Of a DNA stretch of 12,548 bases, positions 7,849 to 12,548 are shown piece after piece. This DNA is from an uncultured Thermoplasmata archaeon (GTDB lineage Archaea; Thermoplasmatota; Thermoplasmata; Halarchaeoplasmatales; Halarchaeoplasmataceae). The stretch's first letter is position 1; every line of letters begins with the position of its first letter. Where the stretch lies: assembly GCA_964399335.1 (NCBI GenBank), contig CAYNQI010000028.1:1-12548 (forward strand), given 5' to 3'. Position numbers and translations under genes: made by a program. Below the pieces are notes generated by a model. The model was not told the DNA's origin. It ran no database searches and was given only the letters and a program-made list of their open reading frames with translations.

Positions 7849-9501
7849 ATGTCAGATGGTTACCCAGATTATATGCGAGAATCCATCAAGAAGGTGGAGG
7901 AAACACGTAAAGAAAGGATGGGTAAAAACTACGATAGGATGACCCCCTCCGAAGGTGAAGAGGTTCTGAACAACTTCCACCCGGACTACAAAAAAGAGGG
8001 GAAAGAAGAACTTAAGATAGGACCCAGTAAAGGTCGAAAGGTACCTACTGAACTTGCCAAACTTTTACGAGCTAGAAGTCTTATCGACCCTTCAGAGATC
8101 GATTTAACACAGGTAGATTATGACGTGGATGTTCTGATCATAGGTGGAGGAGGAGCCGGAACTGTAGCAGCACTGTGGTCGGTTTACGAGGGTATCGAGC
8201 CCGAGAATATACTCATATCGACCAAATTGAGACACGGGGATTCTAACAGTATGATGGCACAGGGTGGTATGCAGGCTGCAGATAGAGATGATGATTCACC
8301 GGTCAGACATTATTTGGATGCCATAGGTGGAGGACATTTCACAAATGTTCCCGAGTTGGTCAAAGCATTGACCATCGACGGCCCCAAGATCTTAAAATGG
8401 CACGAAGAACTAGGTATAATGTACGATAGAGAGGAAGACGGTAACTTCGTTGAACTTCCCGGTGGTGGAACCTCTAGGTACAGACTTCATTCATCCGGTG
8501 ATTATACCGGTATGGAATTGATGAGAGTCCTAAGAGATGAGGCCGAGAACCTTGATATCCCTGTATTAGAATTCACTCCAGCCGTTGAACTGTTGAAGGA
8601 TGACAAAGGTCAGGTGGCAGGTGCACTGCTCATGAACCTGGAGACCAATGAATACTATGTAGTCAGAGCCAAATCTACCGTCATGGCAACCGGTGGTTTC
8701 GGTAGGTTACATGTACAGGCATTCCCGACCACGAATCATTACGGTGCCACAGGAGATGGATTGATCATGGGATATAGAGCTGGTGTTCCCATAAGAGATC
8801 TTGACAGTGTTCAGTACCATCCCACTGGAGCAGCTTTCCCAGACCAGATCGTCGGACTGCTTGTTACAGAAAAGGTAAGGAGTCTAGGCGCTCAACCGGT
8901 GAATATGGATGGTGAACTTTTCGTTAATCCGTTAGAACCTAGAGATATAGAAGCGGCAGCCATCATAAGAGAATGCAAAGGTAGAGAGAAAGGAGTTACT
9001 ACCCCGACAGGCATGCAGGGTGTATGGCTTGACTCACCACTGATCGAGATGAAATCTGGAGAGGGTACTATCGAAAAGACCTTACCTGCCATGGTCAGGC
9101 AGTACGAGAGGTTCGGCATCGATATAACTAAAGAACCGATCTTAGTTTACCCGACACTGCATTATCAGAATGGAGGGCTGGTCATCAATGACGACGGTTC
9201 GACTCCGGTCAAAGGACTCTTCGCAGGCGGCGAAGTGGAAGGCGGCGTTCACGGTAAAAACAGATTGATGGGAAATTCACTTTTAGATTACAACGTATTC
9301 GGTAGAAGAGCAGGTCTAACTGCCGCAAAACACGCTAAGAAAGCTTCCATCGGAGAACTCACATTGGATCATGTGGATGATTACAACCAGCAGATCGAAG
9401 ATGCTGGGATCAAGACCGATAGGAAATCCCCATTATTATTACCAGAATATAGAGGTAAGAAGGTCCTTGAAAGACATCTTGATGTTGAAGTTACACTATA
9501 A
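7849..9501 (+). CDS. Fumarate reductase/succinate dehydrogenase-family flavoprotein (SdhA/FrdA/TfrA-like), atypical architecture
   Basis: DVLIIGGGGAG Rossmann motif; SNSMMAQGG; ATGGFGR; TGDG; QYHPT; TEKVR; LEPRD; HYQNGG; HGKNRLMGNSL. The family is clear; the exact substrate is not. Confidence 0.85.
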   Translation: MSDGYPDYMRESIKKVEETRKERMGKNYDRMTPSEGEEVLNNFHPDYKKEGKEELKIGPSKGRKVPTELAKLLRARSLIDPSEIDLTQVDYDVDVLIIGGGGAGTVAALWSVYEGIEPENILISTKLRHGDSNSMMAQGGMQAADRDDDSPVRHYLDAIGGGHFTNVPELVKALTIDGPKILKWHEELGIMYDREEDGNFVELPGGGTSRYRLHSSGDYTGMELMRVLRDEAENLDIPVLEFTPAVELLKDDKGQVAGALLMNLETNEYYVVRAKSTVMATGGFGRLHVQAFPTTNHYGATGDGLIMGYRAGVPIRDLDSVQYHPTGAAFPDQIVGLLVTEKVRSLGAQPVNMDGELFVNPLEPRDIEAAAIIRECKGREKGVTTPTGMQGVWLDSPLIEMKSGEGTIEKTLPAMVRQYERFGIDITKEPILVYPTLHYQNGGLVINDDGSTPVKGLFAGGEVEGGVHGKNRLMGNSLLDYNVFGRRAGLTAAKHAKKASIGELTLDHVDDYNQQIEDAGIKTDRKSPLLLPEYRGKKVLERHLDVEVTL

Positions 9502-9513
9502 GGTGAAAAACCG

Positions 9514-9783
9514 ATGACTGAAGTTAAGAATAAAGAGAAAAAAGGAAAAGCCTTCCGCGGTGGAGATAAATTTTCCATCGAGGTAGATGAAGATTACTGT
9601 AAGGGCTGTAATCTATGTATTTATTACTGTCCTAGAGACGCTTTAGATGAATCTGAAGAACCTAACAAGAAAGGGCTTTATCCACCCGTACAAGTCGAAG
9701 ATAGATGTATCGGCTGCAGGATGTGTGAACTGATCTGTCCGGATTTTGCGATAACTATCGTGGAGGAAGATGAAGATGAGTGA
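9514..9783 (+). CDS. korD: 2-oxoacid:ferredoxin oxidoreductase delta subunit (2x[4Fe-4S] ferredoxin-like)
   Basis: CKGCNLCIYYCP and CIGCRMCELICPDFAI; NKKGLYPP segment; first gene of a delta-alpha-beta-gamma block; SD AGGTGA at 9501-9506. Confidence 0.85.
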   Translation: MTEVKNKEKKGKAFRGGDKFSIEVDEDYCKGCNLCIYYCPRDALDESEEPNKKGLYPPVQVEDRCIGCRMCELICPDFAITIVEEDEDE

Positions 9784-10930
9784 AGATCTAGAAAAAGCTA
9801 AGAAAGTTATAGGTAAAAAGAAACAGTTCATCCATGGTGACACCGCCATCGCATACGGTGCACTATTAGCAGGATGTAGATTCTTTGGAGGCTATCCTAT
9901 AACTCCGGCTTCCGAGATAGCTGAGAAGATGGCAGAGATGCTGCCAAGGGTCGGTGGTAAATACATACAGATGGAAGACGAACTGGGAAGTATAGCATCA
10001 GTGATAGGTTCTTCCTGGGCAGGTGCAAAAGCCATGACAGCTACGAGTGGTCCGGGTTTCTCACTCATGCAGGAAAATATAGGTTTTGCTCACATGTCGG
10101 AAACACCCTTGGTTTTAGCGAACGTTCAGCGTTCAGGCCCTTCTACAGGTCAACCAACATTAGGTGCTCAAGGAGATATCATGCAGACCAGGTATGGAAC
10201 CCATGGAGATATCGCTGCTATCACGTTATCACCTAATAACATCCAAGAAACATTAGATTACACTATACGGGCCTTCAACCTAGCAGAAGAGTACAGAACT
10301 CCGGTTTTCCTTATGATATGTGCCGACGTCGGTCACATGCGTGAGATGGTCGAGATACCCGACGAGGTAGAAACATTCGAGAGGAAGAAACCGAAAGTAC
10401 CTCCAAGCGAATATGTACCTTTCGGAGAAGGTCAGTATGGGAAGAAAAAAGTTCCAGAATTCGGTGTTTTCGGAGAAGGATACCATACTTACGTGACAGG
10501 ACTCACCCACGATAAATACGGATTCCCTGCAACTGATGATCAAAAGGATCATGAAACACTGATAATGAGACAGGTCGAAAAGATACTGGATGATAGAGAA
10601 GTCTTAACCGATGTGGAGAAGAGAAACCTAGATGATGCCGATGTTGCCATCGTGTCTTATGGTATCGCCAGTCGTAGCGCCATCGGTGCTATGAACAAAG
10701 GACGAGAAAAAGGTATGAACATAGGTTATCTTAGGATGAAGACCTTATGGCCTTTCCCTATAAAAGAGATCGAAGAATTATCCAAGAAAGTTGATAAGAT
10801 CGTAGTAGCTGAGATGAATTTGGGTCAGATGTTCCATAAAGTCAGGGAGCACGCTGATTGTGAAGTCGTTCTAGCTTCTAAGATAGGTGGAGAGATCCAT
10901 TCACCCGACGAGATACTCAGGGAGGTCTAA
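9776..10930 (+). CDS. korA: 2-oxoacid (probably 2-oxoglutarate):ferredoxin oxidoreductase alpha subunit, ~384 aa
   Basis: GYPITPASE, QMEDE, ATSGPGFSLMQE, QRSGPSTGQPT, EMNLGQ motifs. I prefer ATG 9776 over 9770 because of its spacing from SD GGAGGA at 9762-9767. The family is certain; substrate specificity is inferred from the D-A-B-C gene order. Confidence 0.88.
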   Translation: MSEDLEKAKKVIGKKKQFIHGDTAIAYGALLAGCRFFGGYPITPASEIAEKMAEMLPRVGGKYIQMEDELGSIASVIGSSWAGAKAMTATSGPGFSLMQENIGFAHMSETPLVLANVQRSGPSTGQPTLGAQGDIMQTRYGTHGDIAAITLSPNNIQETLDYTIRAFNLAEEYRTPVFLMICADVGHMREMVEIPDEVETFERKKPKVPPSEYVPFGEGQYGKKKVPEFGVFGEGYHTYVTGLTHDKYGFPATDDQKDHETLIMRQVEKILDDREVLTDVEKRNLDDADVAIVSYGIASRSAIGAMNKGREKGMNIGYLRMKTLWPFPIKEIEELSKKVDKIVVAEMNLGQMFHKVREHADCEVVLASKIGGEIHSPDEILREV

Positions 10931-10932
10931 AC

Positions 10933-11793
10933 ATGGATGAGAAAAAAGAAGAAAGGAATACACAAGATATGAGAGAAAAGTACCTCCGAAAAGATATGAT
11001 GCCCACTATATTTTGTACCGGGTGTGGTATCGGTAACGTATTGAATTACACTTTACGTGCTATAGAGAAACAGGGCCTCGACATGGATAAAACCGTGATA
11101 TTATCTGGTATCGGTTGTTCCTCACGTCTTCCGGGTTACGTGGATGTAGATTCATTACATACTACACATGGAAGAGCTCTTGCCTTTGCTACAGGAGTCA
11201 AGATCACTAATCCTGATCTGAACGTTATCGTGTTCACCGGAGACGGTGACTGTATGGGTATCGGTGGAAATCATTTCATCCACGCGGCTCGAAGAAATAT
11301 CGATATGACCGTTATAGCGGTCAATAATTTCATTTACGGTATGACTGGAGGGCAGGTAGCTCCGACTACTCCTGAAGGAGATTATGCTACAACAGCTCCC
11401 TTCGGAAATATAGAACCGGCCTTCGATATGAGCAGCATGGCGATCTCGTCCGGTGCATCTTATGTAGCTAGGTGGACAGTAACCAAGCCTTCTCAGCCTA
11501 TAAACTCCATAGCCGAGGCGTTAGAGAACAAAGGTTTCAGTTTCATTGAGATGCTTTCACCGTGTACAACTGCTTATGCCAGACAGAATAAGGTGGGAAG
11601 CTTGAGAGAATTCTGGAACTGGTATGATAAAAAGACTATATTGACCGAAGATTACGAGATGCTTAAGAAATACGGAGATCCTGAAGAGATCGAGAAACTC
11701 TATGAAAACATCCAAACCGGAGTGTTGCATAAAGAGGAGAAGGAATGTCTCAGTGATCGTTTGAAACGCCTCATCGAGGAGGTGCAGGTATGA
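10933..11793 (+). CDS. korB: 2-oxoacid:ferredoxin oxidoreductase beta subunit (TPP-binding)
   Basis: FCTGCG, GIGCSSR, HGRA, TPP motif GDGD...NN (GDGDCMGIGGNHFIHAARRN...NNFIYGMTGGQ), SPC; four cluster cysteines present. Confidence 0.9.
   Translation: MDEKKEERNTQDMREKYLRKDMMPTIFCTGCGIGNVLNYTLRAIEKQGLDMDKTVILSGIGCSSRLPGYVDVDSLHTTHGRALAFATGVKITNPDLNVIVFTGDGDCMGIGGNHFIHAARRNIDMTVIAVNNFIYGMTGGQVAPTTPEGDYATTAPFGNIEPAFDMSSMAISSGASYVARWTVTKPSQPINSIAEALENKGFSFIEMLSPCTTAYARQNKVGSLREFWNWYDKKTILTEDYEMLKKYGDPEEIEKLYENIQTGVLHKEEKECLSDRLKRLIEEVQV
11778..11784 (+). promoter_or_regulatory. Ribosome-binding site of korC (GGAGGTG)
   Basis: Lies within the last codons of korB, 5 nt before ATG 11790. Confidence 0.65.
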
Positions 11794-12311
11794 GAAGAGA
11801 TATCCGCATCTGTGGAAAAGGTGGTCAAGGGATAATGTTAGCAGGTTACATCTTGGGTAAAGCCGCCAGTGTTTTCCACGAGTACAATTCTGTTCAGATG
11901 CAGAGTTACGGACCTGAAGCGAGAGGTGGCGCCGCTCGATCTGAAGTAGTTATATCCGATGAAGAGATAGGGTACTGTGGATTGTATTCAGCAGAGTACA
12001 TGATGGTCATGTCCCAGGAGGCTTACAATAAATACACCGACGACCTGGCAGATGATGCTGTAGTCGTTCTAGATCCAGATCTTGTTCCACATGCTGAGAT
12101 GGAAGATGCTTATGAAATTCCAGTTACACGTTTGGCAGAAGAACTAGGTAACAAGATCGTTGCCAATATTATCATGCTGGGAGCGTTCAATGAAGTCGCT
12201 GAACTGGTCCCTGAACAAGCTCTAAGAGATTCCGTAAAAGACAGTGTACCAGGTAGGTTCATAGACCTGAACATGAAAGCAGTGGATACTGGAATAGAGT
12301 ATTTCAGGTAA
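11790..12311 (+). CDS. korC: 2-oxoacid:ferredoxin oxidoreductase gamma subunit
   Basis: GKGGQG, SYGPEARGGAARSEV, NIIMLGA and NMKA motifs; ATGA overlap with korB. Confidence 0.88.
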   Translation: MRRDIRICGKGGQGIMLAGYILGKAASVFHEYNSVQMQSYGPEARGGAARSEVVISDEEIGYCGLYSAEYMMVMSQEAYNKYTDDLADDAVVVLDPDLVPHAEMEDAYEIPVTRLAEELGNKIVANIIMLGAFNEVAELVPEQALRDSVKDSVPGRFIDLNMKAVDTGIEYFR

Positions 12312-12335
12312 CTCCAAAAACTTTTTATCTTTTTT
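12312..12335. terminator. Probable bidirectional oligo-T (archaeal-type) terminator between convergent genes
   Basis: T5 at 12322-12326 and T6 at 12330-12335 on + after the korC stop; A5 at 12316-12320 (T5 on the - strand) after the HEAT-gene stop; no GC-rich hairpin. Confidence 0.5.
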
Positions 12336-12548
12336 AATTAGATTTTTGATGCCTATTTATCCTTTGTAATACTTCACCTGCTATCTCTCTGACTTTAGGG
12401 GATGGATCTTCTTGAGCAAGATTTTCAAGTATAGGTCGAGCTTCAGTATCTGATAAATCACCTAGGGCTTTTACAGCGGTATATCTAACTTCACCATGAG
12501 GGTCCTCTAGCATCTTTAGCAGGTCCTCTTTCACATCTTTGCCACCTA
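12334..12548 (-). CDS. 3' part of a HEAT/PBS-lyase-like repeat protein (5' end probably outside the window)
   Basis: The frame stays open to the window edge (xGGKDVKEDLLKMLEDPHGEVRYTAVKALGDL...LAQEDPSPKVREIAGEVL). It shows two HEAT-like units with the L-x-D-x3-4-VR-x2-A-x2-(A)L pattern. The GTG at 12534 is probably an internal Val. Confidence 0.75.
   Translation of the reverse strand, partial: GGKDVKEDLLKMLEDPHGEVRYTAVKALGDLSDTEARPILENLAQEDPSPKVREIAGEVLQRINRHQKSN

Noticed and set aside
7849-9501. Calling the flavoprotein L-aspartate oxidase (NadB)
   Set aside because: It lacks the EGG glutamate, has a coupled SdhB-like Fe-S partner, and no nadA or nadC is nearby.
24-9501. Reading the cluster as Qmo plus APS reductase (AprAB)
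   Set aside because: The tandem HdrA resembles QmoA/QmoB, but the flavoprotein has the fumarate-site His/Arg set and its partner has a [2Fe-2S] domain, unlike AprB. No sat or dsr genes are in the window.
252-10552. The many short minus-strand ORFs in the track (60-113 aa)
   Set aside because: All are antisense shadows of well-supported + strand genes and show no recognisable motifs.
1-12548. Frequent GATC/ATCGAT words as a methylation or repeat signal
   Set aside because: They are plausibly explained by codon usage (Ile ATC, Asp GAT, Glu/Lys GAG/AAG) in acidic proteins. I did not count them, and I saw no spaced array, CRISPR, IS ends or tRNA-like structure.

Overview
The window holds one tightly packed + strand operon of 12 redox genes (24..12311, largest gap 12 nt), followed by the 3' end of a convergent HEAT-repeat gene. 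Gene order: tandem two-FAD hdrA, mvhD, mvhG, mvhA (group 3c-type [NiFe] hydrogenase), hdrC, hdrB, an SdhB/FrdB-like Fe-S protein, an atypical SdhA/FrdA/TfrA-like flavoprotein, then korD, korA, korB, korC (four-subunit 2-oxoacid:ferredoxin oxidoreductase). No membrane anchor is encoded. The most interesting reading is an inference: a soluble H2-linked, flavin-based electron-bifurcating module in which fumarate (or a related dicarboxylate) is the high-potential partner and the ferredoxin is used by Kor, either reductively or in reverse. The flavoprotein keeps the dicarboxylate catalytic residues. It lacks the covalent-FAD His, has Gly at the pocket Phe position, has lost the C-terminal domain and has gained an N-terminal extension of about 88 aa. 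GGAGGTGA-type ribosome-binding sites, a hairpin-free oligo-T terminator and acidic proteins suggest an anaerobic, possibly salt-adapted archaeon (inference). I saw no RNA genes, CRISPR arrays or mobile elements. No database search was possible, so novelty is unverified.
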